The position numbers were made by a program, and so were the translations under genes. Of a DNA stretch of 64,000 nt, positions 39,291 to 49,756 are shown piece by piece (positions within the stretch are counted from its first letter, which is position 1; every line of letters begins with the position of its first letter). Source of the DNA: an uncultured virus (IMG/VR IMGVR_UViG_3300037455_000492) (lineage: Duplodnaviria > Heunggongvirae > Uroviricota > Caudoviricetes); IMG/VR virus record IMGVR_UViG_3300037455_000492; one strand, given 5' to 3'. Under the pieces are notes generated by a model. That model ran no database searches, had not been told where the DNA came from, and saw only the letters and a program-made list of their open reading frames with translations.

Positions 39291-40301
39291 ATGATTAGCA
39301 TTATAACCCCTGCGCACAAAGTCATACCTTGGTTCAACGCAAGGCTAATAAACATCTGCTCGCAGGATTCCGATGAATGGGAATGGATTATCCTTGACAA
39401 TTCGGTTGACGGCTGCGTTAAGGCTTATGTTGATGATTTTTTCACAAAAATGCAGGGCATACACTATCCGCAATGCAGGGAGAAAATCAAAGTCTATCAC
39501 GAGCCGCAGTTTGCCGACATCCAACTTATCGAAGGCAAGATGGGCAAAATGTGCAACCGTCTTGTTGAACTGACCAATTGCGGGTACGATGGATTCTTTA
39601 TGCGCCTTGACTTTGACGATTTCTTGTTTGACGGATGTATCCGTATGCTGAACGAGGCTATACGGATGAATCCCGACACCGAATTTGTCACGGGTCAGAT
39701 TGGCGACTGCCTAATTATGACAAAGGACGGCAATTTCGACTATGTGGATTTCAGCGATGCGTTCAGCCACAAACCAGACGATTTGTTGGAGATAATGTAT
39801 TCGCACAATATATGCGATGCAAGTTTGCTGAAAAAATACGAGCAGGATTTGGAGAAAAACGGGCTGCACAGAAGGCTCGTTCCTTGTGCGTGCAGTTTGG
39901 CTATACCATATACAGAATTGTTTTTCTACCAAAGCGCGGTTCAGAGCCTCATAGACGGATGGGATATGTTCGGCGGCGTGGAACATCCGCTTTGCATAAA
40001 GAAAAGCGCGTTCCTCAAAAAGTTCGGAAGTTATGTTGTTGACAACTCAAAGGAGGACTTGATAAGTCTGTCCTACATAACAAAGTTTGACAACATAGTC
40101 TATATTGACAATCCCTGCTATCTTCGCTGTGTTGTATGCACGCAACGCGGAAAGTTTTACTATATGGACAGCGGAACTATCGAAGTCTGCAATGCGGGTA
40201 ACAACACAAGGGAATGGACGTGTCTTATGAAACAACTGAAATACAATTACGACATACTCGGACTTGACAAACTTATAGTACCGAAACGCATCAAATTTTA
40301 A
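39291..40301 (+). CDS. GT2-like glycosyltransferase (copy 1)
   Basis: ISIITPAH, WEWIILDNS, RLDFDD. Confidence 0.75.
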   Translation: MISIITPAHKVIPWFNARLINICSQDSDEWEWIILDNSVDGCVKAYVDDFFTKMQGIHYPQCREKIKVYHEPQFADIQLIEGKMGKMCNRLVELTNCGYDGFFMRLDFDDFLFDGCIRMLNEAIRMNPDTEFVTGQIGDCLIMTKDGNFDYVDFSDAFSHKPDDLLEIMYSHNICDASLLKKYEQDLEKNGLHRRLVPCACSLAIPYTELFFYQSAVQSLIDGWDMFGGVEHPLCIKKSAFLKKFGSYVVDNSKEDLISLSYITKFDNIVYIDNPCYLRCVVCTQRGKFYYMDSGTIEVCNAGNNTREWTCLMKQLKYNYDILGLDKLIVPKRIKF

Positions 40302-40306
40302 TTCCA

Positions 40307-41326
40307 ATGATTAGCATCATAACACCAGCGCACAAGGTTTTGCCTTGGCATAACCTGCGCTTAATCAATATATGCGAGCAGGATTCCGATGAATGGGAAT
40401 GGATTATCCTCGACAATTCGGTTGACGGCTGCGTTAAAAAATACGTGGACGATTTTTTCACCAAATGGCAGGGCGTGTATTACCCGCAATGCAGGGAGAA
40501 AATCAAAGTTTATCACGAGCCGAAGTTTGCCGACATATCCATTGTTGACGGAAAGATGGGCAAACTCTGCAACCGCCTCGTTGAACTGACGAACTGCGGA
40601 GATGACGGATTCTTCATAAGACTCGACTTTGACGATTTTCTGTTCAAGGGCTGCGTCCGTATGCTGAACGAAGCAATAAGACTGAACCCGACCACCGAAT
40701 TCATAACGGGTGAACTGTGCAACAACCTTTGCCAAAAAATATCGGACGGAGGATTCTATTACAATGACGGCTCGGCGAGTTGGTATGCAGTACCCGAAAA
40801 TATGATTCAACTCCTTATTGCCTACGGATGGGAATCCAAGGAAGGGTTCAAGGAATTTGTGGAAGATGTCCGCACAAACTACCACAATTTAGCACCGAGA
40901 TACTTGACTTCCAAAAAAAGCGTCATCAGCCTTCCGCGCACGGAGTTCACTTTCTACGGAAATAACGTTCTGACATTGAGGGACGGTTGGGGGATGTTTG
41001 GCGTGCCAGAGCATCCGCTGTGTGTGAAAAAAGGTGCGTTCATAAACAAGTTGGGCGGATTTGTCACGGACAACACGAAGGAGGATTTGAACCGACTTTC
41101 GTATCCGTTGGTGTTCAATGACATTGTATGGGTTGACAATCCATTGTATATGCGCTGCTTCCAAATTGACGACACGTTGCAGATGTGCGGCACTACATTG
41201 ATTGTACGGGCAGAGTGCGACTACACGAAAGAAAGCGAATATAAGATAAAGACTCTTACGGAGTTCTACGAAAAATACGGGTTCAGAGGAAAAGTGCCTT
41301 GCCACAGAATAAAGTTTGACGAATAA
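40307..41326 (+). CDS. GT2-like glycosyltransferase (copy 2)
   Basis: Same motifs; 5' third nearly identical to copy 1. Confidence 0.75.
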   Translation: MISIITPAHKVLPWHNLRLINICEQDSDEWEWIILDNSVDGCVKKYVDDFFTKWQGVYYPQCREKIKVYHEPKFADISIVDGKMGKLCNRLVELTNCGDDGFFIRLDFDDFLFKGCVRMLNEAIRLNPTTEFITGELCNNLCQKISDGGFYYNDGSASWYAVPENMIQLLIAYGWESKEGFKEFVEDVRTNYHNLAPRYLTSKKSVISLPRTEFTFYGNNVLTLRDGWGMFGVPEHPLCVKKGAFINKLGGFVTDNTKEDLNRLSYPLVFNDIVWVDNPLYMRCFQIDDTLQMCGTTLIVRAECDYTKESEYKIKTLTEFYEKYGFRGKVPCHRIKFDE

Positions 41327-41331
41327 ACATT

Positions 41332-41643
41332 CGGAATTATCCCTTTTAGTCTTGTAAAAATGATTATGGAAAACAACAATAAGACGGCAAAGGAAATATG
41401 TAACTGCGAATACTGTAGAAGCAATGGCACATTGTTATGTGATATGATTGGTGGTTGTGTTGCGTATCGTACCGTATTACAACTCTTGTATTATAAACAT
41501 AAGCGTCCTTCGGAAGAACTAATCAACAAAATTTGTGGGGTATTTTTTGATGCACAAGAATATATTAAACGAGACAACCTTGATGCGTTTGAGTGGATTC
41601 ACAAACAATTAAAAACACTACAAGACTAAAAGGGATAATTCCG
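41332..41643 (+). mobile_element. TIR cassette with cargo ORF 41360-41629
   Basis: Perfect 25-bp TIRs at 41332-41356 and 41619-41643; TSD taaacatt at 41324-41331 and 41644-41651. Confidence 0.95.
41360..41629 (+). CDS. Small Cys-rich protein, cassette cargo
   Basis: CNCEYC...C....C; ends QD* inside the right TIR. Confidence 0.6.
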   Translation: MIMENNNKTAKEICNCEYCRSNGTLLCDMIGGCVAYRTVLQLLYYKHKRPSEELINKICGVFFDAQEYIKRDNLDAFEWIHKQLKTLQD

Positions 41644-41699
41644 TAAACATTTTTCTCTGTTTTTTATTATATGATTACAAGAACATTCAATTTAACATT

Positions 41700-42395
41700 A
41701 TGGGTTACGAAATAGACTTCATTCCAACACAAGAGTTTGTTGACAGCAAACTGAAATCGCTGCTGTCATATAAGCCAAAGCCTACCGAGTTGCCGATAAC
41801 AAAAACCGAGTTGTTGGTGTATGTTATGAAAGAAAGCGGAGAAACAAGGCAGGTTATGAACCACTTGTTCTTCAACCTCAACTATCTCAAAGAAGTGGTT
41901 AGGGCTGAAACGATACAAGATGCGATAGACACGTTTGCTGAACACGGCAGGATTTGGTATTGTGGTTGGGAATATTCAAAATCACACTACAACCAAGACA
42001 TCAAAGAAGTCACGAACAATGTTGTCAAGACGTTCACGCTTCTGAAGCAGACCGTTCCGACAATGGATTACTTTGCCGAAAACGACAAGTATTACGACAA
42101 AGTGAACGAGATAGAGGAACAACTTGAATACTTCTGCGACACTTGCAGGGACGCGACCATATACGAAATTATGGATTTGTTACGACCGTTTAAAGAAAAA
42201 GACGATGACAACGAAAAGGATGACGAGGGCGGCATAGGTGAAGCGGATAGCGGAAAACCTTTCTATGACGGTGCAACGGAAGAAAATCCATTCGGCAACG
42301 GAATCATAGACAATTCCGATGTTTTCCGACCAAGACCTGGCGATGAGGTTGTCCTTGGCGAAGACGGTGACAAACACGACAAAGAAGAAAAATAA
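41700..42395 (+). CDS. Hypothetical protein with acidic tail
   Basis: 231-aa ORF after a TTTTTATTATAT motif. Confidence 0.55.
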   Translation: MGYEIDFIPTQEFVDSKLKSLLSYKPKPTELPITKTELLVYVMKESGETRQVMNHLFFNLNYLKEVVRAETIQDAIDTFAEHGRIWYCGWEYSKSHYNQDIKEVTNNVVKTFTLLKQTVPTMDYFAENDKYYDKVNEIEEQLEYFCDTCRDATIYEIMDLLRPFKEKDDDNEKDDEGGIGEADSGKPFYDGATEENPFGNGIIDNSDVFRPRPGDEVVLGEDGDKHDKEEK

Positions 42396-42432
42396 TTAAA
42401 ATCATTTATCAAAACTTTAAATTATCAAACTA

Positions 42433-43224
42433 ATGGAAAAAATCTTAAAACTTGAAAATTGTGACAAAAACGCTTTCCTCTCATTGGTTAAGCAGATGGT
42501 GGTTGTTGACAAGTATATGAACATTCGTGTCAACACCGAGTACACGGATTCCTCTTCTTACACGAGCCAAAAGGATGTCGTGAAATACATCAAGACAGAG
42601 AACGCTTCTCTGTTCGAGAGCGCATACGAATTGGACAAACCCGTGCGTATGTGTTTCATCAACGGCACGAAGATTATGCTGTATCTCAACCAATTCACCC
42701 TCGACAAAGTTGACATTGAAATCCACTACGAGGAATACGATGACGAATTGTACGCTACCCGCGTGACATTCTTGGGAGGCGACTTGAAGATGACTGAAGT
42801 CTGCGCTGACCGCCAATATGACGGCATCAACATTTCCCCGATTAAGGACGAGATTATGCAGAAACTTCTCGACACCGAGAACACAACCGTTTCTGTGGAC
42901 ATCCCGAAGGACGCAATAAAGTCTATGAAGGCTTTGTGCGGAATCGAGAAAAACACCGCTTGGTTTGAATATGTCATCGCCGACAACAAGATTTCCGTCC
43001 GTGAAAGAACCGACTTGGAGGAAGAGGATTCCGTCTTTTTCAACAAAGTAATCGCCGATACCGACTATGACGGCGAGCCGCTGACTGTTCTCTGCAAGAA
43101 AAACGTCTTTGACGCTATGAGTATCCTGCTCGACTACAACGTCTGCATTTGCAATGACGATGGCAAAGTCGTTTACAAGCACGAGGAGAAGGATTCCGAA
43201 ACATATATCATCGCTGCTATCTAA
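42433..43224 (+). CDS. Putative sliding clamp (gp45/PCNA-like)
   Basis: 263 aa, acidic, two-domain alpha/beta pattern ending TYIIAAI; a clamp loader is in the window; fold guess only. Confidence 0.5.
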   Translation: MEKILKLENCDKNAFLSLVKQMVVVDKYMNIRVNTEYTDSSSYTSQKDVVKYIKTENASLFESAYELDKPVRMCFINGTKIMLYLNQFTLDKVDIEIHYEEYDDELYATRVTFLGGDLKMTEVCADRQYDGINISPIKDEIMQKLLDTENTTVSVDIPKDAIKSMKALCGIEKNTAWFEYVIADNKISVRERTDLEEEDSVFFNKVIADTDYDGEPLTVLCKKNVFDAMSILLDYNVCICNDDGKVVYKHEEKDSETYIIAAI

Positions 43225-43502
43225 TGGACGCGGTAGGCAAATATATAATGTTGCGCCAAGACCCGCGCAGAACGCATATCGGGGGGCTGTTTATCCCAGA
43301 GATTGAAAAGAGGGATGACAGAATCCCCCCGCCATATAGCGGAATCATCGAGTCGGTCGGTGAGGATGTCGTGGGGTACAAAAAGGGCGACCATATTGCC
43401 TTTGACGATATGTGCAGACCTTGGGTTGTCGAAATTGACGATTACGAGGTCATAGTATTCAAAGATACTGACGTTATATGCAAATTTGAAGATGAAAAAT
43501 AA
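43224..43502 (+). CDS. groES: Co-chaperonin GroES/gp31-like
   Basis: GGLFIP mobile loop, G.IESVGEDV...KKGD.I.F, DVIC. Confidence 0.8.
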   Translation: MDAVGKYIMLRQDPRRTHIGGLFIPEIEKRDDRIPPPYSGIIESVGEDVVGYKKGDHIAFDDMCRPWVVEIDDYEVIVFKDTDVICKFEDEK

Positions 43503-45096
43503 TTTTTGCGATTACATTTTATCAAGAGGAGGCGAGTTGCGAAGTCTTGAACTACCCTATGAATTTTCAAAGGGACTTGGGCTTTGCAACCCGTCCATTT
43601 TTATTGACGGTGACGACATATTGGTAAATGTCCGCAGGGTGAACTATGCGTTGCACACTTCGGCAGATGTGTATGAGTGGAACTCCGCCTACGGCCCCAC
43701 GAATTACCACCACCCCGACCACGATGTCAACTTGCGCACAGACAACTTTATGATGCGCCTCGACAACGACTACAACATCATACCCGAATCAATAAAACAG
43801 ATAGACTACACCAAATTCAACAAAAAACCCATTTGGGGGTTTGTCGGCGAAGAGGATGTACGCATTGTCCGTTGGGACGGCAAACTCTATGTCACGGGTT
43901 GTCGCAGGGATGTCAAGTCAAACGGCGAATCCCGTATGGAGTTGAGCGAATTGGACGGCGACTTCAAGGAGATTTCGAGAACACGTGTTCCCGCTCTGAA
44001 GGCTGATTCATATTGCGAGAAAAATTGGATGCCCATTCTTGATATGCCGTACCACTATATCAAGTGGAGCAACCCGCTTGACCTCGTGAAGTATGACCCC
44101 GCCACAAACACAACCACACGGGTGCTTACAAAGCAGTACAAAATCGAATCCAAAGACCCGCTGTGCGATTTGAGGGGAAGCAGCCAAGTGCTTAAAATAG
44201 ACAACTATTACATAGCGTTGGTTCACGAATGCACTCTGTGGCACAACAGATACAACGAGCGCGAGGGCGACTATTTCAACCGATTCATCGTTTGGGACGA
44301 GGATTGGAACGTGGTGAAACTGTCGGAGCGTTTCTTGTATATGGACTTTGAAATCGAATTCGGTGTCGGTCTTGCATACAAGGACGGCAAGTTCCTCATT
44401 CCGTTTGGCGTGTACGACAACGTGCCGTATATGCTCATCGCCACAAAAGAAAGCATATTCGGTTTCATCGGAATCGGTGATGAAGTAGCACCGCAGCATT
44501 ACGGCGGATTCGGCGACACAAAGATTGTCACTGAATACATTGCCGACTACAAGAACCCCTATGCCGCATACGATGTGGGTATGGACTATTACAAAAGAAG
44601 GCAGTATTGCTGCGCCCACGCATTTTTCCTCCGAGCGGCGCAGGTTTCTGTTTGCGCGTTCTCGAATGCAAAGGAAACATACAAGAAGATTGGTTATGAC
44701 GCATTCTATATGTGTCAGAAATGCCTTGAGCGTCTCGGCGACAGAAAAGACAAGATGTTGGGTCAGTACCAACAACTCATTGATTGGGATTCCGAGCGGT
44801 TCGAGGCTTACTACGAACTGTCCAACCTATACTACGGATACGGCGAGAATTTCAACAACCACTACATTGCTTTGGGATATGCCGCTTCAGCGAAATCCAA
44901 ACGGCACACAACGGTGACGAACATTCCACCGAATGAATACATTTCCGAGGACAGGGTGCTTCTGCAATACTATATTTGCAACTATAGATGCTCAAAAGAC
45001 TATGTTGCCGTTGAAGGTCTGCGCACTCTGTTGAGGGAAAGCACCCCGCATATCAAAAATCTTATCAGAAGCCTTAATCTCAATTTAAACGTATGA
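43492..45096 (+). CDS. Beta-propeller glycosidase-like domain plus TPR-like tail
   Basis: NPSI, GEEDVRI, EKNWMP, LRGSSQ, IEF..G; helical C-terminus. Confidence 0.6.
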   Translation: MKNNFCDYILSRGGELRSLELPYEFSKGLGLCNPSIFIDGDDILVNVRRVNYALHTSADVYEWNSAYGPTNYHHPDHDVNLRTDNFMMRLDNDYNIIPESIKQIDYTKFNKKPIWGFVGEEDVRIVRWDGKLYVTGCRRDVKSNGESRMELSELDGDFKEISRTRVPALKADSYCEKNWMPILDMPYHYIKWSNPLDLVKYDPATNTTTRVLTKQYKIESKDPLCDLRGSSQVLKIDNYYIALVHECTLWHNRYNEREGDYFNRFIVWDEDWNVVKLSERFLYMDFEIEFGVGLAYKDGKFLIPFGVYDNVPYMLIATKESIFGFIGIGDEVAPQHYGGFGDTKIVTEYIADYKNPYAAYDVGMDYYKRRQYCCAHAFFLRAAQVSVCAFSNAKETYKKIGYDAFYMCQKCLERLGDRKDKMLGQYQQLIDWDSERFEAYYELSNLYYGYGENFNNHYIALGYAASAKSKRHTTVTNIPPNEYISEDRVLLQYYICNYRCSKDYVAVEGLRTLLRESTPHIKNLIRSLNLNLNV

Positions 45097-46319
45097 CACC
45101 ACTTGCAAATATAGTAATGGCATCGGGCGGCGTTATATGCCCGATTAGGGTTACGGGTTGTGACACAATCAAGAACAGAGGCTTATCCAATCCTTCCATA
45201 ATAAAGCACAACGGGAAGACATTGATAAGTTTCAGAAGTTGCGACTACACGTTTTTCGCGGTGGACAAACCAATGCTTTCCCACCAAGCCCTTTTGTGGT
45301 ATCCCACAGAACGCCCGCCGTACTACACATCGTTCAATTCAAGGAACATCATCTGCGAACTTGACGGCGACTTCCAAACGCATAATCCGAAACCGTTTCT
45401 CACGGTACGCGGAAAGGGGAAGTTCAACGGCTACGAGGATATCAGACTTTCGTCCTATAACGGTGTGCTGTATGCCTCGGCATCGTTCCCGACAGACCAC
45501 GGAATCCCAATCCGCTTGTGCAAACTAAACGACAAATACGAGATTGAATCCTACTACGAATACGGGAACAAGAACGCCGTGGAAAAGAATTGGATGCCCG
45601 TGCTTGACAGAAAGGGAGAGTTTATGTACCTCGCGCCGAATGTTGTCATCAAGGTGGAGCAAACAAAAGTCGAATACATAAAGAACGAGAAATGCGATGA
45701 CACGTTCAGAGGTTCGTCACAACTCGTTCCATACACGCTTGACGGAAAGGAAGGCTATGTGTGCGTCATACACAGAAGTTACATCAATCCGTACAAAAAC
45801 AGCGACAAGTACACCATACTCGACTATCTGCACAAGTTCTTGTTCTTTGACAAGAACTACAAGTTCACCCACGATTCCGATTGGTTCAAATTCGTTGGTA
45901 TGCCCGTTGAGTTCACCTGCGGTATGATGATAGACGGAAACGATGTCATACTGCCGTTCAGCGTGATGGATTCATATCCGTTTGTGTTCAAGTTCAGCAC
46001 AAGCATACTCGACAACCTGCTTTTGCGCAAGGACACGCATTGTGCAGGGAAGCGCGATATATCCCCGTATTTGGGCGATTTGCGCAGAAAGGTATGCGAA
46101 TACATTATGGACGAGGATAGCGACAATTACGCGGCGAAAATCGCAGTTTCAACATATCTTGCAACCATAGCAAAGACAAAAGAGGAGGCTATAAATATGT
46201 ATAGGTATGCTATGGAAATATTGCGTGATTTTGACAGTGCGCAAGGAAACAGATTCACGCACACTGTTCTGTTCCAAGACCAAGCAATAGAGCAAATTAG
46301 AATATTAAAGGGAATGTAA
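45093..46319 (+). CDS. Beta-propeller glycosidase-like paralog
   Basis: NPSI, GYEDIRL, EKNWMP, FRGSSQ, VEFTCG. Confidence 0.6.
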   Translation: MTPLANIVMASGGVICPIRVTGCDTIKNRGLSNPSIIKHNGKTLISFRSCDYTFFAVDKPMLSHQALLWYPTERPPYYTSFNSRNIICELDGDFQTHNPKPFLTVRGKGKFNGYEDIRLSSYNGVLYASASFPTDHGIPIRLCKLNDKYEIESYYEYGNKNAVEKNWMPVLDRKGEFMYLAPNVVIKVEQTKVEYIKNEKCDDTFRGSSQLVPYTLDGKEGYVCVIHRSYINPYKNSDKYTILDYLHKFLFFDKNYKFTHDSDWFKFVGMPVEFTCGMMIDGNDVILPFSVMDSYPFVFKFSTSILDNLLLRKDTHCAGKRDISPYLGDLRRKVCEYIMDEDSDNYAAKIAVSTYLATIAKTKEEAINMYRYAMEILRDFDSAQGNRFTHTVLFQDQAIEQIRILKGM

Positions 46320-46320
46320 T

Positions 46321-46830
46321 ATGAACACACACTACGGATTTTTAATGCTAAAATACGCCACGCCGTATATGATTGAAACATTGCATAGGGACATAGACCC
46401 GAATGATGTTTACAAGATTGACGACAAGGATTACGGGCTTGAAAAGGAAACGCACGTCACGCTCGCGCCGTGCCTTGACAACAACATAACCGTTGTCGAG
46501 TTGAAGCGTTTTCTCAATCCGATAAACTCGTATTCGGCAAGCGTGAGCGAATTGAGTATGTTTGAATGCGATGACTATGACGTTCTGAAGTATGACGTTA
46601 CCTGCCAAGCGTTGAAAGACACCAATGCCAAAATCGGTATGTACTACAAAATGCACACGGAACACAAGTATCATCCGCATATGACAGTAGCCTATATGAA
46701 AAAGGGATGCGCGAAGAAATATCTCCTGCCGAGATACAAATTCTTCCCTACGCTTTATGTGATTCCAAAGAATTTCATTTGGAGTTATTACGACACAGCA
46801 GACGAACAGCAACGCATAAATTTTCTGTAA
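46321..46830 (+). CDS. 2H phosphoesterase, T4 gp57B/Acb1-like
   Basis: Two HxT motifs (HVTL, HMTVAY), 169 aa. Confidence 0.7.
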   Translation: MNTHYGFLMLKYATPYMIETLHRDIDPNDVYKIDDKDYGLEKETHVTLAPCLDNNITVVELKRFLNPINSYSASVSELSMFECDDYDVLKYDVTCQALKDTNAKIGMYYKMHTEHKYHPHMTVAYMKKGCAKKYLLPRYKFFPTLYVIPKNFIWSYYDTADEQQRINFL

Positions 46831-46831
46831 T

Positions 46832-47392
46832 ATGACAAGATGCAATATAGTGGTGAACGACAGCGAAGACACGCTGTATCTTTACCATCATTGTGACGGC
46901 TACCCGAAAGGTGTCGGGAAGGAACTCATTGAGTACTTGAAAATAAACACGCCGAAAACCGCTGACGATGTGTTCAAGGGTCTTGTGTTTATGTACGGGG
47001 ATTCATACGAGGAAACCAATGGAATCCACGGCGACATATCCTATCTATATACAATAGACATAGACAGCGACCTAATCAAATTGAGATGCGAGAACCCCGA
47101 CAATGACGATGTTCTGTTTGAATGCACGTTCAACGGCAGCGATTCAACCGATGCGACTTTGACAAAAAAGGACATTGAGAATATGCAAATCAACATCAAC
47201 ATCGGATACAACACGAAGAAAAGCGATGTCTATAAGAATATGCCTGCTGATATGTCGGTGAAAGAAAAAATGTTCTTGGATATGGTAATTGACGATGTAG
47301 TCAAGCACATACGAAGAAAATCATCATTGGATTATATAATAACAAACATAACAATAAACAAAGAAGACTATGTTTCTGAAAATAAAAACTGA
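46832..47392 (+). CDS. Conserved phage hypothetical protein
   Basis: LYHHCDGYP.GVG motif. Confidence 0.55.
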   Translation: MTRCNIVVNDSEDTLYLYHHCDGYPKGVGKELIEYLKINTPKTADDVFKGLVFMYGDSYEETNGIHGDISYLYTIDIDSDLIKLRCENPDNDDVLFECTFNGSDSTDATLTKKDIENMQININIGYNTKKSDVYKNMPADMSVKEKMFLDMVIDDVVKHIRRKSSLDYIITNITINKEDYVSENKN

Positions 47393-48217
47393 TTTGGCAA
47401 AATACATTCTGAACACGGAGGAAGTTGTTGACATCGTGTATTCGGAAAAGGAAAGCACAGCATCTATCTTGGTGTCGTATTATTGCGGCAAGACAGTTGA
47501 AGTGTGCGGAACGAACAAAAACGAAATGGGTTGCATTTTTGACTTCATCGTGAAGGCTTTGGAAAAAGAATGCAGGGTTGTGACATACACAAGCCCGCTC
47601 GAAAATGAAAACAAGCCGCCGAAAGATGACGGCAATAGGACGCAAAGTGATAACCCACAAGCATATACAACCAATATGACGGATTTGCCAGACATAGGCG
47701 GAGGTATGCCGAACCTTGACAAATGCGTGTTGATAAACGATTGATTTTCTGTTTTTTGATTTTTTTTACAAGAAAAATTCGGGAATATGTTGTATGTTTC
47801 CGAATTTTTTATTATATTAGTTTGTATAACTTAAAATCCATTTAGTATGAAAGGAAAAAATGTAATCGAAACAATCAAGAAAGGTCGTTACCTTTATTAT
47901 GTCAACGCCGAAAAGGGAGTTGTGTGCTGCACAACCGAAAAGACTTTCAACGGTGACACCTATCGCGGAAGGGGCATTTCCCGATGCAACCTCGAAACCG
48001 ACACCTTCAACAAGGAAATCGGTATGGAACTCGCCAAACTGCGTGCAATCCAAGATTGCAACAAGATTATGTGGAAAAACGAGTTCGAGGGTGTTTCCAA
48101 CGAGGTACTCCAAAACAAAATCGACTATTGGACTTATCTGCTCAATATGAAAGTCCACTTGGAGGGTCAGAAAAAGAAAGTCGCCGAGGATATTGACAAA
48201 ATCACGAGGGGGCTGTA

Positions 48218-48964
48218 ATGAATCCGAAGTGCTTTGTTGTACCAGATGTTCACGGAAGAGGGTTTTGGAGAATACTCAAAACCCTCTGTCCTATGGACAC
48301 ACCCATAGTGTTCCTCGGAGATTATCTCGACCCATACGGATTCGAGGGCATAAGCCCTATGCAGGCGGTCGATGTGTTCAAGGAAGTAATCGAATTCAGA
48401 AAAGAAAACCCGAATGTCACGCTGCTTATCGGCAACCACGACTGCACGTACCTTATCGGCAGACAGATTTGCGACTGCCGATGCAACTACGAGCAATATG
48501 ATGAAATCAGAAAACTGTTCAACGACAACATCGAATTGTTCGGTCTTACAAAAGACATTGAGGTCGGAGGCAAGAAATTCATTCTTTCGCACGCGGGCAT
48601 CCATCCGAGTTGGCTTCAATACTGCAATTTCACAACGGACGACATCCCGATGTTCAACGAAAGGCTGCTTGGCACGGACGAATCCGCCAAAAAATTGCGC
48701 GGAAATCTGTCAGCCGTAAGTTACTACCGTGGCGGCATTCTGAAAGCGGGTTCGCCCATTTGGGCTGATATACGCGAATACGACAGATTCGACTTGAAGC
48801 CGCTCGGATTCCATCAGATTGTCGGTCATACCTATGTTGAAAAACCTATCGTTATGGACGAAATCGTCTGCGTTGACGTGCAAAAGGTTTTCTGCTTGGA
48901 CGAATACGGCGATTTGTACAACTACGAAACGAAAGAATTGGTGAAACAATGGAAGAAGAATTAA
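48218..48964 (+). CDS. Calcineurin-like metallophosphoesterase
   Basis: DVHG, GDYLD, GNHD, HAG, GHT. Confidence 0.9.
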   Translation: MNPKCFVVPDVHGRGFWRILKTLCPMDTPIVFLGDYLDPYGFEGISPMQAVDVFKEVIEFRKENPNVTLLIGNHDCTYLIGRQICDCRCNYEQYDEIRKLFNDNIELFGLTKDIEVGGKKFILSHAGIHPSWLQYCNFTTDDIPMFNERLLGTDESAKKLRGNLSAVSYYRGGILKAGSPIWADIREYDRFDLKPLGFHQIVGHTYVEKPIVMDEIVCVDVQKVFCLDEYGDLYNYETKELVKQWKKN

Positions 48965-49228
48965 ATGAAATAGAAAAGCATTGCAGGGAATCGCTTGATA
49001 TGTGGAGCGAGGTTCTTACCCAAGCGAACACGCAGGGTTGGGGCGCATACTTGGATTTCACGCACAAAGACGTAATGAACGCCGTGACCGTGATGACAAC
49101 GATAAGCACCAACTATGCGCTGAAGCACGGTAAAATCTCAACGGTGGAGGACGCATCCGCAATAGGGGAGGCTTTGCATTCCTTTATGCTCAACTATTTC
49201 GGCATAGACACATTCAAGGAAAACTGAT

Positions 49229-49699
49229 ATGGCTGCTAACAAGAACCAAACAAAAGTCTATAAGTTCAACCTTGACGGCAAGTTGGTTGCTGTGTACGAC
49301 AGCATAACCATAGCCGCGAGGGAAAACAAAATATCCACCACCTGCATAGCAAACGCTGTGTACGGCGGCACGAAGTACAATATGAGTCACAAGAAAATTT
49401 GGCTTCGTGAGGCTATGAAGGACACAATAGGCGATGTATTGGCTAAACGCAAGGCAGACATTACCCGTGATGCGAGGATTGCGACAGAAACCCGTGGCAG
49501 GAAAAAGGAGTGCATAGACAGCAAAGTGGAACGCAGGGGAAACTACATTTTCATAGAAAAGAACCTTCCCGCAGTTGAACGCTGCATACGTTGCGCTATG
49601 TACAACAGCGATATGGAATGCCCGCCCTGCGACAAACGCGACAGAGCGGACGGCAAGGAGGGCTATTGGCGTTATTCCAAGCCTATGTTTATCGACTGA
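49229..49699 (+). CDS. NUMOD1-type DNA-binding domain protein
   Basis: VYKFNLDGKLVAVYDSITIAARE; no HNH or GIY-YIG motif seen. Confidence 0.6.
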   Translation: MAANKNQTKVYKFNLDGKLVAVYDSITIAARENKISTTCIANAVYGGTKYNMSHKKIWLREAMKDTIGDVLAKRKADITRDARIATETRGRKKECIDSKVERRGNYIFIEKNLPAVERCIRCAMYNSDMECPPCDKRDRADGKEGYWRYSKPMFID

Positions 49700-49730
49700 C
49701 AATATATAAGCAATATATTTCGGAATTAAG

Positions 49731-49756
49731 CAAAGCACCCACGTTTGGGTGCTTTG
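49731..49756 (+). terminator. Terminator hairpin
   Basis: caaagcaccca-cgtt-tgggtgctttg. Confidence 0.75.

Noticed and set aside
49229..49699. Homing endonuclease
   Set aside because: A NUMOD1-like segment is present but no HNH or GIY-YIG catalytic motif was found
49721..49730. cggaatta as a fifth TIR
   Set aside because: The match stops after 8 nt, has no partner repeat and runs into a terminator
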